DNA of 64,000 nucleotides from an uncultured Methanomassiliicoccales archaeon (GTDB lineage: Archaea; Thermoplasmatota; Thermoplasmata; RBG-16-68-12; EA-27). The stretch spans positions 72,500-136,499 of the forward strand of contig CAYNEM010000008.1 of the NCBI GenBank assembly GCA_964396265.1, written 5' to 3'. A program made the position numbers and the translations under genes. Position 1 is the stretch's first letter, and the number at the start of each line of letters is the position of its first letter. The notes under the pieces are model-generated. The model searched no databases. It was given only the letters and a program-made list of their open reading frames with translations, and was not told the origin of the DNA. Shown piece by piece: positions 1 through 10,600 of this stretch.

Positions 1-374
1 TGGGGAACCTACCGGAGGCGGACATCGAGGTGATGGAGAAGGTGCTCGCATCGCTCCCGGAGCGCGTGCCCCCGTGGCTCCTGAACCGCCAGCACGACGT
101 GGACACGGGCGAGGACTATCACCTCTTCGGCTCCGACGTTGACCTGCGTCGGCGCGACGACGTGAACCGCATGAAGATGATCCGTTCGTACAAGGGCGTC
201 CGGCACGAGGATGGCCAGAAGGTGCGCGGGCAGCGCACGCGGTCCAACGGCCGCACGGGCCTCACCGTCGGTGTCCAGAAGAAGGCCGCGATCCAGGCGG
301 CCCAGGCGGCAAAGAAAGAGGACGAGGCCGGCGGCAGAAAGGAGAAGGCGAAGGAGCCGGAGAAGAAGGAGTGA
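1..374 (+). CDS. rps13: 30S ribosomal protein uS13 (S13), 5'-truncated at window edge
   Basis: Open in frame from base 3 (NLPEADIEVMEKVLASLPERVPPWLLNRQHDVDTGEDYHLFGSDVDL...IRSYKGVRHEDGQKVRGQRTRSNGRTG). This matches the conserved C-terminal half of archaeal uS13 followed by a Lys/Glu-rich tail. Stop TGA at 372-374. Confidence 0.85.
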   Translation, partial: GNLPEADIEVMEKVLASLPERVPPWLLNRQHDVDTGEDYHLFGSDVDLRRRDDVNRMKMIRSYKGVRHEDGQKVRGQRTRSNGRTGLTVGVQKKAAIQAAQAAKKEDEAGGRKEKAKEPEKKE

Positions 375-378
375 GGGC

Positions 379-996
379 TTGGGCGATCCGAAGTTCCCGA
401 GAAAGAAGTATTCGCGTCCCTCCCACCCCTGGGAGGCGGATCGGATCAAGACGGAGAACGAGCTCCTGAAGAAGTACGGCTTGAAGAACAAGAAGGAGCT
501 GTGGCGTGCCCAGTCGTTCCTCTCTTCGATGCGGGGTCGCGCGCGCGAACTGCAGGCCCTCGTCCGGTACGAGAACCGCCAGGCGCTCAAGGAGCGCGAC
601 GAGCTCATGGCGCGGCTCGGCCGCCTCGGCCTCATGCCCCTCGAAGGGGCATCCCTTGACGACGTGCTCGGCCTCGATGTCGAGGCAGTGCTCTCGCGCC
701 GTCTGCAGACGATCGCGTACGTCCGAGGCCTCGCCTTCAACCCTCGTCAGGCCCGGCAGTTCATTGTCCACGGCCACATGGCGGTCGGGACCCGCACGGT
801 CCGGGTGCCCGGCTACCTGGTGACGAGGTCCGAGGAGGAGTCGATCGGGTACAACCTGCGCAGCCCGATCTCGCACGACCTCCATCCGGCGCGTCCTGGC
901 GTGCAGCAGATCACGGTTCCCGGTCCAGAGATCCAGGAGGGTCCCGGCGGCCCTGAGGAGGGGCCCCCGGAAGGCGGCGGAGGGGGTGGACCGTAG
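379..996 (+). CDS. rps4: 30S ribosomal protein uS4 (S4)
   Basis: GDPKFPRKKYSRPSHPWEADRI...KNKKELWRAQSFL...LQTIAYVRGLAFNPRQARQFIVHGHMAVGTRTVRVPGYLV is an S4 RNA-binding domain. Start placed at in-frame TTG 379, 5 nt after the rps13 stop. The longer six-frame ORF from 211 is Arg-rich out-of-frame overlap with rps13. Gly-rich tail. Confidence 0.85.
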   Translation: MGDPKFPRKKYSRPSHPWEADRIKTENELLKKYGLKNKKELWRAQSFLSSMRGRARELQALVRYENRQALKERDELMARLGRLGLMPLEGASLDDVLGLDVEAVLSRRLQTIAYVRGLAFNPRQARQFIVHGHMAVGTRTVRVPGYLVTRSEEESIGYNLRSPISHDLHPARPGVQQITVPGPEIQEGPGGPEEGPPEGGGGGGP

Positions 997-1380
997 ATGG
1001 CACGATGGGGGATTGCGCATATCTATGCGTCCTACAACAACATCCTGATTACGGTCACGGACGTCACGGGCTGCGAGACGATCACGAAGGCCACCGGCGG
1101 CATGGTCGTGAAGGCCGCAAAGGACCAGGCGTCCCCGTACGCGGCGATGAGGGCGGCGGAGAAGGTCGCGGAGGCGGCGAAGGAGAAGGGGATCGACTCG
1201 ATCCACGTGCGCGTCCGCGCGCCGGGCGGGAACAAGAGCGCGTCCCCGGGCCCAGGCGCCCAAGCTGCGATACGGGCACTCGCTCGGGCGGGCCTCACGA
1301 TCGGTCGCATTGAGGACGTCACCCCCGTGCCGCACGACGGGACAAAGCCGAAGGGCGGGCGGCGAGGACGGAGGGTGTGA
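997..1380 (+). CDS. rps11: 30S ribosomal protein uS11 (S11)
   Basis: [25 protein letters not shown]...[58 protein letters not shown] is the canonical uS11 sequence. ATG 997 directly abuts the rps4 stop. Confidence 0.92.
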   Translation: MARWGIAHIYASYNNILITVTDVTGCETITKATGGMVVKAAKDQASPYAAMRAAEKVAEAAKEKGIDSIHVRVRAPGGNKSASPGPGAQAAIRALARAGLTIGRIEDVTPVPHDGTKPKGGRRGRRV

Positions 1381-1414
1381 CGTGCCCCACGGAGCCGGCG
1401 TCCAAGGTGCGGGC

Positions 1415-2263
1415 ATGTCCCTGCGCATCGACGAAATGAGCGAGCGGAGCGCGCGGTTCCTCCTCGAGGGCATCGAGCCTGGATTCGCGAACGCGCTGCG
1501 CCGGAGCCTCATCGCGGACCTGCCCAAGCTTGCGATCGAAGATGTGGAGTTCCATCTCGGACCGATCCGGGCGGAGGACGGGAAGGAGGCGGAATCCGTC
1601 GCCCCGCTCTTCGACGAAATGATCGCCCACCGCCTCGGGCTCGTCCCGCTTCCCACGGACCCCAAGCTGTTCGTCCCCCGGGCGACGTGCCCCGCTTGCG
1701 GCGGGGAGGGATGTCCGAACTGCACGGTCATCTATTCGCTGAACAAGCGCGGACCTGCAACCGTCTACAGCGGCGACCTCGAGCCGGTCGGGGACGCCAA
1801 GCTCAAGCCCGTGGACCTGGGGATTCCGCTGGTGAAGTTAGGCGAGGGACAGGCGCTGCTCGTGTACGCGACCGCGCAGCTCGGGTTCGGCCGCGAGCAC
1901 GCGAAGTGGCAGGTCGCGCAGGCGGTCGGCTACAAGTACAAGCCCGTCGTGAAGGTCGACAACCGGAAGCTCGACGCGGACAAGTTCCCCCTCGATGTCT
2001 GCCCGCCGAACATCCTTCACAACCGCGACGGCAAGATCGTCGTGGAGCCCGAGGAGGCGTGCATCCTCTGCAACGCGTGCGTCGACGCCGCGAAGGAGCG
2101 CGGGTCCGAGGGCGCCTTCGACGTGTCGGGCGATCCGACGAAGATCCTGTTCCATCTCGAGACGGATGGCTCCATGGACGCGAAGACCGCTGTGCTCGAG
2201 GCGCTCTCTATGCTCGAGACGAAGTTCTCAACGGTTTCGGACCAGACGTCGGCGATGGAGTAA
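1415..2263 (+). CDS. rpoD: DNA-directed RNA polymerase subunit D (Rpo3), with Cys-rich 4Fe-4S-type insert
   Basis: MSLRIDEMSERSARFLLEGIEPGFANALRRSLIADLP matches the Rpo3 N-terminus. Two Cys clusters are present: CPACGGEGCPNC and CILCNAC. Start chosen at ATG 1415; the ORF is open from 1310, and GTG 1382 is an alternative start. Gene order S13-S4-S11-rpoD is the conserved archaeal arrangement. Confidence 0.88.
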   Translation: MSLRIDEMSERSARFLLEGIEPGFANALRRSLIADLPKLAIEDVEFHLGPIRAEDGKEAESVAPLFDEMIAHRLGLVPLPTDPKLFVPRATCPACGGEGCPNCTVIYSLNKRGPATVYSGDLEPVGDAKLKPVDLGIPLVKLGEGQALLVYATAQLGFGREHAKWQVAQAVGYKYKPVVKVDNRKLDADKFPLDVCPPNILHNRDGKIVVEPEEACILCNACVDAAKERGSEGAFDVSGDPTKILFHLETDGSMDAKTAVLEALSMLETKFSTVSDQTSAME

Positions 2264-5200
2264 TCTCGCGCCGAGGCCGATCATCAGCGCCACCGGCAGC
2301 AGCACCGCTGCGGGTTCTGGGACTTCAGCGACGAGGACCCGGCCGCTGTCCGCCTGCCCCGTGTCGTCCCATGCGTTCGCCCCGATCGCGACGCGCCACA
2401 GGGGGTCCGACGCGAACCGGCCGCTCGCGACGGAGGTCCCGAGGCGCTCTCCGTCCTGCGCCCCGGTGAACGTCTCGTCCACGGTCTGATCGGTCGTCGG
2501 GCTGTCGAACCAGTACGCCCGGCCACGGTCCGTCCCGCCGACGTCCGCGGTCGGCGCCCCGAAGAACACGCCTGCGGTCCCGTCCCCGTCAAGGTCGACG
2601 ACCGTGACCGAATTCCCGCACTGTTCCGTCGACGTCAATCCCGCCAAGGTCGCGTCCGGAGACGCCCCCGAGGTGAGACCCGTCCCATCCGAGTTGGCGA
2701 GGAACACGTAGCCGCCGCCGACGTTGGTCGTCCTTCCCGGCGAGCCGACGGCGAGGTCCGCGTACGCGTCCGCGTTGATCGTGCCGAGTGCGACGGAGAG
2801 CCCGAACTTCTCGGCGGAGGCCTGAGCGATCAGCGTCGCCTCCGGGAGCCGGTCGCCCGATCCGCTCGTCATGTTGCTGCCCTTGAAGAAGTGCACGCGG
2901 CCGCTGTTCGAGCTCTGGAACGGTTCCCCGACGACCACGTCCGCGTACGCGTCCGAATCCACCTTCCCGACCGCGAAGTTGTAACCGAACTGCCCCGCGC
3001 TGTTCGTGCTGGGCTTGAGCGTGAAGTCCGAGGTCGATTCCGGCGAGCTGAACGGGGCCTTGTAGACGTGCACCACGCCGTCCTGGCTCGCGAGTCCTCC
3101 GTCGTTGTCCCGACCGGTTTCCCCGATGAGCACCTCGTCGAAGCTCGTGTTGTCGAGGTTGCCCGCAGCCACATACCAGCCGAAGTTCAGCGCCCCGCTC
3201 GGGGGCGTGAACTCCAGGTCCGGCGTCTCCTCGAGCCCGGACCAGCTCGATCCCCCGTAGTAGACCGAGACGTTCCCCGCGATGCCCGCGACGGACCGGC
3301 TCGAGACGAGGGCGTCCCAGAAGCCGTCCCCGTTGAACTTCCCCGCGGCGACGGAGTATCCGTGCTGGGCGTCCGTGCTCGTCCCCCGGATCCGGACGTC
3401 GGGGATCGTCTTGGAGGCGTCGAGCGGCCCATAGAAGATGTACGCGTACCCGTGCAGGGATAGGTTCAGGTTGTTCCGCGGAGCGCCCGTGAGGAGGTCC
3501 GCGAGCCCATCGTTGTTAAAGTCCCCCATGGCGACGGAGAATCCCATCTGCTCCCCGGGATCTTCGGATGCCCCGTCGTTCTCGATCTGGTACGTCGTCG
3601 GATCCACGAGGACCGGATAGGAGGCGGCGGCGAGCCATGCGCCCGGCACGAGGACCGCCAGTGCGCCCTGCCGCCATCGGAACGAGAGGTCGACGCGATC
3701 GCCCGACGCATCCTCCGCCCAGGGCCGGGACATCGCGATCCGCAATCCGCGACCGTCCGTGAGGATGAAGTCGCCCTCGATTCGGATCTCCTCCGCGGAC
3801 CCGTCCCCCGCGACCTCGACGAACAGGTCTCCGTACGCGGCGAGGCGCGTCTCGATTGCGAGCGTGTCCCCGACGCCGACCGGCGGCGGCGCGAACACGG
3901 TGATCGTCTCCTTGAGTCGGGTCGACTCCGCCTCGTACGCGACGGTCGCTTCCATCCCCGCATACGCGTCCGCATAGGTCATCCCGGCCTCGTCCGCGAT
4001 GACGCTCCCCGTCCCGGGAGAGGTCAGGAGCGCCTCGCCACCCGACCCCTCCACGAGGAACTCGGGAAGGGTCCACGAAACCGAGCCCTGCCCGGGGATT
4101 TCGAACGTGACGAGTCCGCCGGTGCCGCGGGGCAGCGTGGCCTCGTACCGTCGGATGAACGTGATGCCGCCCATCGAGGATCGCGTTCCGCGGACGCCTT
4201 CGACCGCGGTGCGGTCGCCCGTCCCCTGCCAGTCCTGGGATTCGACGACGAAATCCGCGCCGCGAAGGTCGACGCCCGCAACGTCGAGCGACCCCTCGAG
4301 CTCGCCGCCGGATGCGAACGCTTTGGCGGTGCCGGCTGCGATCCACCGACCGGACTGCCACCGGAAGCCCTCGACCGCCCGGACCCTGCCGTTCCTTCCG
4401 CGGATATCCAGGAGGGTATCCGCGACGATGCCGCCAACGCCGACTCCACCCTCCGTGAGATTCGTGTCGAAGAAGACACGGATGACATCCTCGCCTACGA
4501 CCCTCGCGGGGACGCCGGGCGGGGGCGGCGGCGCAGCCTGTCCGGGGACCGGGCGGACGCGCGCCTCTGGATGGACCGCGCCGCCGAGCGCCGTTCCCCG
4601 GACCGCCGCGTAGACATGGGCGGTCCCGTTTTGGACTGCGCTCTCGAATCGCTCGAGGTCCACGTTCGCGTTCGACACCTCGTCCGTGTCCGAGGATTGT
4701 GCCGTCCATTCCGTGAAAATCCCGTCGACGGTTCTCTCGTCGGGAATGCGCGTCACATAGGCCCGAGTGGGAGGTCCCCGGATCACGACCGGACGGTCCG
4801 CATCGATCGCCACGAGGTCTGCGGAGAGGAGCGCGGACGTCGCGAGCCCCGAGGCGTCGACGGTCAGCGTCAGCGTTCGCGGTTGCCCCACCGCGACGAC
4901 GAGGGGAGAGAAGCCGTCGATCGGGGGCGTGATGCCGAGGCGGTCGAACGTGAGCGCGTCGACGCGCACGGAGGACCCTGCGGCCCGGAAGGTGACGTTG
5001 ACGAAATCCGTGCCCGGAGCTCGTGCGACCGTCGGCCCCACCGCCTCTTGGACGACCTCGAGCGCTCCGTGCGTGGGACCGAACGCGACCTGCGAGGAGG
5101 CGCGGGACCCAGCCTGGTCGTCGGTGTGGATCACGACCCTGCCGAGGGAGTCGTCGATGGCGACGATGTCCGTGAGGTCGACCTGGACTTCGAGTTCGGA

Positions 5201-6721
5201 CCCGCGATATGCCGCAGTCGGGGCACGGATGGCCTGCCACGCGGTCCAGTTGTCCTGGTCCGTTCCGGACCACAACCAGGCGTGTTGGCCGAGGATCGTC
5301 TGGTCGCCTCCATAGACCTCCAGGAGGAGGTCCGCGCCGACCGAGCCCTCGTCGTACCCGGTCAACCTGCTTCCGTCCGCGTCGACGAACACGTAGAGGA
5401 GATCTGTGTTCGTGGGTTGCACGAACCACGTCCCCCCGACGCGGGCATAGATGGACAGTCGGTTGTCCTGCCACTTCAGGGTGTACTCTCGGAGGTCGAC
5501 GTCCGCGTTGGCGGTGCTGGAACCCTGCGTGTACCCGGGCACCCTTTGCCAATCCGAGAAGTCGCCGTCGATCACCGAGCCCCCGAACACGGGCCCGAGA
5601 GGCTCCGGCAGGAGGAACGAGACGGAAAGCAGGAGGGCCGCGGCGATTGGCACGAGGTAGAGTTTCCATCGCCCCAAGCGCGCCTCGGCGGAGGACCGGG
5701 GACCCCCCAGCCCGTTTGTGAGTCCGAGCCCGTTGGTGAGGCCATTCGTGAGGCCGTTCGTGAGGCCTGCCCGAGTGCGCTGCAGGCCGTTGACGAGGCC
5801 ATTCACGCGTCCCGCCGCAAGGCCGTTGATTGCTCCCAGGCCTTCGGTCCCTCCCGTTCGGAGGCGGACCGTTCCCCTCGGACGCGTGATCGCGCCGGGG
5901 CGTGGTGCGAGGGGGACCCTCTTTGCCCGGGCGGCGCGGTCCCGAGTGTCAGCCCGCTCGAGAAGCGTCGCCATCTCCGCTTCGATGCGCCAGATCTGAT
6001 GCGGGGAGCGGAACAGCGCTCGCACGCGCGCGATGTCCGCCTCGAGGCCATCTGCGTCGAGGGACTTCATGGTGTCCTCGAGGACCTGCACCTTGCGCAC
6101 GTTCTGGTCGAATTGGAAGAACGCCGTCCTAACGCGATCGGGGTCGTCGCGGGCGACGGCCCGAAGAGGGCCGACTTCAAACCCCGCGGCTTCCCACGCT
6201 GCGAGCCTTTCCTCGGGCGTCTCTGCGGATCCCTCCGGTCTCGTGAGCGAAGCAAGCTCCTCGAGCCCCCGGACCGCCTCCCTCTCGGCAACTTCCTCCT
6301 CCGCCGCGTGGAGCCCGTCGAGCTCCTCCGTCAGGGACGTCAGGGCTTCCTCGACGCTCGATTCTCCCGACGGCGGTTGGCCTCCGGCGGCCTGGATGGC
6401 CTTCCGTTCCGCTTCGGCGGCTTCCTCCGTCCGCCCCAGGCGGCCTAGGACGAACGACAGGAGGACCTGGAGACGGCTGAGGGAAGGATCCAGGGATTCC
6501 GCCTTGCGGAGGGCCGCCAACGCGTCGTCCCATCGATCGAACTCTGAGAGGAGGATCCCCTTCCGGAACCACAGCGTGGGATCGTCCGGGGCGCGCTCGA
6601 GCGCGGCGTCGACATCCGCGAGGGCACTCTCTGTCGGGCGCTCCTCGCGCTCGGCACGAGCCCACTTCTCAAGGAAGTCCTTGGCGAACTTCCGTCGCTC
6701 CTTGTCCTCCTCTTCCGCCAT
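2228..6721 (-). CDS. Giant membrane protein (1497 aa): cytoplasmic TPR-like N-domain, one TM, extracellular integrin-alpha-like FG-GAP beta-propeller, C-terminal VPEP-CTERM-like sorting/anchor signal
   Basis: N-terminal ~330 aa are helical and TPR-like (WFRKGILLSEFDRWDDALAALRKAESLDP), with a coding TNGL repeat (GLTNGLTNGLTNGL; 12-nt DNA repeats ~5710-5790). TM helix WKLYLVPIAAALLLSVSFLL. At least 7 FG-GAP-type repeats follow, e.g. FGYSVAAGKFNGDGFWDALV, FGYNFAVGKVDSDAYADVVVGEP, FGLSVALGTINADAYADLAVGSP, CGNSVTVVDLDGDGTAGVFFGAP. The C-terminus is AEVPEPAAVLLPVALMIGLGARLLHRRRLVRNR, i.e. a VPEP motif + TM + Arg cluster. Its last 12 codons overlap the convergent rpoD 3' end. Confidence 0.8.
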   Translation of the reverse strand: MAEEEDKERRKFAKDFLEKWARAEREERPTESALADVDAALERAPDDPTLWFRKGILLSEFDRWDDALAALRKAESLDPSLSRLQVLLSFVLGRLGRTEEAAEAERKAIQAAGGQPPSGESSVEEALTSLTEELDGLHAAEEEVAEREAVRGLEELASLTRPEGSAETPEERLAAWEAAGFEVGPLRAVARDDPDRVRTAFFQFDQNVRKVQVLEDTMKSLDADGLEADIARVRALFRSPHQIWRIEAEMATLLERADTRDRAARAKRVPLAPRPGAITRPRGTVRLRTGGTEGLGAINGLAAGRVNGLVNGLQRTRAGLTNGLTNGLTNGLGLTNGLGGPRSSAEARLGRWKLYLVPIAAALLLSVSFLLPEPLGPVFGGSVIDGDFSDWQRVPGYTQGSSTANADVDLREYTLKWQDNRLSIYARVGGTWFVQPTNTDLLYVFVDADGSRLTGYDEGSVGADLLLEVYGGDQTILGQHAWLWSGTDQDNWTAWQAIRAPTAAYRGSELEVQVDLTDIVAIDDSLGRVVIHTDDQAGSRASSQVAFGPTHGALEVVQEAVGPTVARAPGTDFVNVTFRAAGSSVRVDALTFDRLGITPPIDGFSPLVVAVGQPRTLTLTVDASGLATSALLSADLVAIDADRPVVIRGPPTRAYVTRIPDERTVDGIFTEWTAQSSDTDEVSNANVDLERFESAVQNGTAHVYAAVRGTALGGAVHPEARVRPVPGQAAPPPPPGVPARVVGEDVIRVFFDTNLTEGGVGVGGIVADTLLDIRGRNGRVRAVEGFRWQSGRWIAAGTAKAFASGGELEGSLDVAGVDLRGADFVVESQDWQGTGDRTAVEGVRGTRSSMGGITFIRRYEATLPRGTGGLVTFEIPGQGSVSWTLPEFLVEGSGGEALLTSPGTGSVIADEAGMTYADAYAGMEATVAYEAESTRLKETITVFAPPPVGVGDTLAIETRLAAYGDLFVEVAGDGSAEEIRIEGDFILTDGRGLRIAMSRPWAEDASGDRVDLSFRWRQGALAVLVPGAWLAAASYPVLVDPTTYQIENDGASEDPGEQMGFSVAMGDFNNDGLADLLTGAPRNNLNLSLHGYAYIFYGPLDASKTIPDVRIRGTSTDAQHGYSVAAGKFNGDGFWDALVSSRSVAGIAGNVSVYYGGSSWSGLEETPDLEFTPPSGALNFGWYVAAGNLDNTSFDEVLIGETGRDNDGGLASQDGVVHVYKAPFSSPESTSDFTLKPSTNSAGQFGYNFAVGKVDSDAYADVVVGEPFQSSNSGRVHFFKGSNMTSGSGDRLPEATLIAQASAEKFGLSVALGTINADAYADLAVGSPGRTTNVGGGYVFLANSDGTGLTSGASPDATLAGLTSTEQCGNSVTVVDLDGDGTAGVFFGAPTADVGGTDRGRAYWFDSPTTDQTVDETFTGAQDGERLGTSVASGRFASDPLWRVAIGANAWDDTGQADSGRVLVAEVPEPAAVLLPVALMIGLGARLLHRRRLVRNR
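5710..5790 (-). repeat. Coding 12-nt tandem repeat (TNGL x ~5) inside the FG-GAP giant gene
   Basis: Plus-strand period-12 unit gttggtgaggcc/gttcgtgaggcc encodes GLTNGLTNGLTNGLGLTNGL. Confidence 0.6.
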
Positions 6722-6826
6722 CGGTCTGCGTCCCCGCTCATGAGGGGGCGAGGGCGGATATAGGTTCTATCCTAAGGCCTCAAGTATCTATACAAATATC
6801 TCGATTCACACGTCCAATCATTGGTG

Positions 6827-7636
6827 TCAGGCGAAGTCGAAGAGGCTCTTCTGCCCCTCCTCCTTCATTCGGAAGGCCCAATCGACCGGGTCGAGCCCGT
6901 ACGCTTCCCGGAAGAGGTTCACACACGCGGGGCCGAACCCCGCGAAGTGGTTGTTGAAGAACACGTATGCGTCTGCTACGCGGTCCTCGACCTTCTTGAC
7001 TTCGCCCAGCCACGTCTTGATCTCCCCGGTGCGGTCGCGCTGGATTTCCCCGGTCAGTTTCGGAAGGCTGCGATCCCCGATGAAACGGAGGTACAGGAAG
7101 TCCGTCGTCAGGACAGGCGGTACCTGGACATAGTCGTTGTCGGACCAGCAAAGCGCGACGCCACGGTCCTCGAGCCAGGCGTACGTTTCCGGGGTGAACC
7201 ACGAGCCGTGGCGGAACTCGATCGCGTATCGATACCCGGAAGGAAGGGCGTCCACGAAGCCCTCGAGGAGCTTCCGTCCTGTCCCGATGGAGAACCGCGG
7301 GGGCAGCTGGATCACGAGCGGGCCGAGCTTGGGACGCATGAGAGAGATGGCGTTGAAGAACCAGCGCAGCGGGTCGTCGACGTTCACAAACTGCTTGTCG
7401 TGCGTAATCAGTCGCGGGAACTTGGCGGTGAACAGGAACCCTTCGGGCGTGGCGTCCGTCCAAGCGCGCGTCATGTCCTGCGACGGGATCGCGTAGAACG
7501 AGGTGTCGACCTCGACGATGTCGAACGCGCGCGCATACAAGGAGAGGTAGTCCGTCGCATCCGCCCGGGCCGGGTAGAACGAGCCGCCCCACTCCGGGTA
7601 CGACCAGCCGACGCAGCCGATCCGAAGGCGGGCCAC
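6827..7636 (-). CDS. DUF72 (UPF0759) family protein
   Basis: MARLRIGCVGWSYPEWGGSFYP...FYAIPS...AWLEDRGVALCWSDNDY...ADAYVFFNNH is a typical DUF72/YecE-like full-length match. It lies between the two co-directional giant genes. Confidence 0.8.
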   Translation of the reverse strand: MARLRIGCVGWSYPEWGGSFYPARADATDYLSLYARAFDIVEVDTSFYAIPSQDMTRAWTDATPEGFLFTAKFPRLITHDKQFVNVDDPLRWFFNAISLMRPKLGPLVIQLPPRFSIGTGRKLLEGFVDALPSGYRYAIEFRHGSWFTPETYAWLEDRGVALCWSDNDYVQVPPVLTTDFLYLRFIGDRSLPKLTGEIQRDRTGEIKTWLGEVKKVEDRVADAYVFFNNHFAGFGPACVNLFREAYGLDPVDWAFRMKEEGQKSLFDFA

Positions 7637-7689
7637 GGACGAAGATGCGTTTCAAGGATATAGATTTCCCCGGAGGTCCGGAAGGCGGC

Positions 7690-10600
7690 TCAGGCGATAG
7701 GCTGCGTAGGACCGGGCTTTCCTTCTCGCGCCTCGACGAGGGCCAGCAAGTCGGCTTCGGACATGCGGTATCCCTTTCGCCAGATCGCGAGGGCGACTAC
7801 GAGGCCCACCGTGAGGACCGCCGTGTTCGCCCAGAATCCGAGGGGGAGCCAATTCCCCGCTTCCGGGATGCGGAAGACGCCGGTCGTGAGCGACAGGACC
7901 CCAATGGCGGCCTCCCCGACCGCGAACGGCACCGCCAGCAGCATGCGCGTGAATCGTCGATCAAGGGTGACCTTCTCGTCAATCTCCGGAATCGACAGTT
8001 CTTCGAGCTTCTGCATCAGGGGGAGCCCCGCCCATCGCAGGGCACGGGCCTTCCGGTCCCCGTCTTTCGGCATGGGCACGTGTCGGTCCAGTGGACGGCT
8101 CGCGAGCGTGACGCCCGCGACGAACAGGCCGGTCGCGTAGACCAGCGCGAGGAGAGGCTTCCAGTTCGCAGACAGAGGCGCTGGCGGTGCCGCCTGAGAC
8201 ATGTACACAATGACGACGTCGAACGCGGAGTTCACCGTGAATCTGGTGGCATTCTGCGTAAACCTCGGCGGGTCCCCGGTCGTTCGGTTGGACACCTCGA
8301 GAGACCGGGCCGCATCTGCCCACGGGAACACACCGCCGATCACCGCCATCTGCATGATGACGATGCCTTCCTCGGACCACGAAGCGGTGACGGAGTGACG
8401 TTCATCGGTCCCGAGAATCGTGACCCGGGGTCGGTACTGGTGGCGGTAGGAGACGATCGTGTCCAGCGGCGCATCAATTCGCCACTCCGTCGTGCCGAGA
8501 GTCCGGTACCGTTCGCGCTCGCCCGGGAAGATGGCGTCATCCACACGGACGGCCGAGCCCGCGTCGACCCAGGCGGTCCATGCGTCGGACACGTTCGCGA
8601 GTCCCGCGGCCGCGAAGGCGGTGAAGTCCAGGGACACCGGGAGCCCGTCGAGGCCTGCGACGCGCACGTTGGTGGTGAACTGGTGCAGGTAGTGGACCGT
8701 CGCTGATAGCGGCGCGTCGACGGTCCAGAGCGTGGGGTCCGCGGTGAGGAACCTCTCCCCCACCACTCCCGGCACGAGTCCATCGACGTCGAGCGCGGAC
8801 GCATCGTCCACCCACGAAGCAAACGAGTCGTACAGCCTGTCCGAGCGGTCGCTGCCGAACAGCGTGAACCCGATTCCCGCAGGCCACGCGGCCGAGAGCC
8901 CGATCAGGGTGAGTGTTGCAGGATGCTGCAGGGCATAATTGGCGGTGATCGTCGCGTCCACGGATCCGACGGTTACGGTGTGGTCGATTGCGCCGCCATC
9001 GTCCCATCCGAGGAACGCAAGGCGCGAGCCGCCGAACGAATCGAAGTCGATCGAGGCGATGCGATGGAGTTCGCCCGGCTGCCAAACGAACGTCGCAGGG
9101 ACCGTGTAATCCGTCCCATCCACTTGGACGACGCCCCAATCCGGGGAGCGGGTGATCGTGTAGGAAACGTAGGTCGGGCAGACGGTCCAGAACAACCAAG
9201 GGTTCGGCACAGGCCCCGGCCCCAGAGAAGTGCCATCGAGGTCGGTGCCCGATGTGACGGTGACCGTGTACAACATGCACTCGGAGAAGGCCTGATGGAC
9301 GAGGTCCAAGGTCCGGGTGTCCACCCAAACGGGGTTGGTTGCGACGGACGGCGCGACCGTCCACGCGACCGAGCTGGAGTCCATGTCCTCGCTGAACTCG
9401 ATGCGGATCGTCGCATCGAGTGCGACGTCCACCGCACCATGCACCGGCGTCGTGGCGGTGATGAAGGGCGGAGTCGTGGCCGCGAGCACCTCGAGGATTC
9501 CCTGGGGGATCTCCTGATAGATAGTCGAATTGTCCCAGCGCACGTAGGTGGCTCGCGCATCCGGGCTTAGGCCGATGGCCTGGACCCCGAGCCGCGTGGA
9601 CGTCACGCCGTACTGCACCGCCCACGTCTCGTTGATGTCGATGCTGCTGACGTTCCACTGCAGGACCGTCCGGTCCGCGAGCCGGACCATGAACTCCGGC
9701 GGCCTCGGCATGCCCGACATCGGGTCCACGAAGCTACCGGGCACGACGTTCAGGTACGGCAGGATCGCGTCGGCCACCATGGGGGTGACGTCCGTGGGGT
9801 CCGGGTCCACGCCGGCCGTGCGGTTGATGCGCGTCCCGATGTCCGCGTAGATCTGGAGGAGGTCCTGCGGCGTGCTCGCCTGGTAGAACCGTCCTCCGGT
9901 CGGGATCGCGATGTTCTCGAGGAACGTCTGGTCGATGCTCGAGCCGAGTCCGATCGTGTAGATCACGATGCCCTCAGTGACCGCTTGGTTCACGATCGCG
10001 TTCGTGTTGGGGCACGGCAGACCGGCGGGCACCGTGCACTGCCCGTCCGTGAGCAGGATCTCCACGCGCGTCCGCGTGCGGTCGGAATACGTAATGAGCC
10101 ACGTGTTCCCCACTTGGAGCGCGTCGTCGATGTTCGTGCCCCCGAAGCAGCCCGGGCTGCACGCCGTGGTGTTCGCGTCGTTCATCAGGTCGATCTTCCC
10201 GGGCAGGGTCGTGTACGTGAGCGGGCGTCCGTTCACGACCCATGCGACATCCGAGAACCCGACGATGGAGGCCCGGTCGTCCACACGCATGCCGCCGATG
10301 TAGGAGTTCACTGCCTGGACGCGCACGTTCGACGGGTCGTTCGAGTTCATGCTACCCGAGACGTCGATCTGGAAGATGACGTCCTGGGGGACCTGGATCT
10401 CGACGGGGAGGCCAGCGCCCTCGATGAGGATCGTGACGTTCGCGACCTCGTTGTACGGCGACCCGGATCCTTCGAGGTACACCGTCCCCGGGATCACTGT
10501 GCGGTAGATGTCGAAGTGGGGGCTTAGTCCGATGCGCAGCCTGACGGACGCGCGGGCGACAGCCTTGGACGCGGCACTCGCGGACACGATGATCGTGTTC

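Noticed and set aside
3516-5669. 717-aa ORF (and many other 100-600 aa ORFs) antisense or out-of-frame to the FG-GAP giant gene
   Set aside because: Arg/Gly/Pro-rich low-complexity translation typical of alternative frames in ~67% GC DNA. Fully overlapped by a gene with clear domain content.
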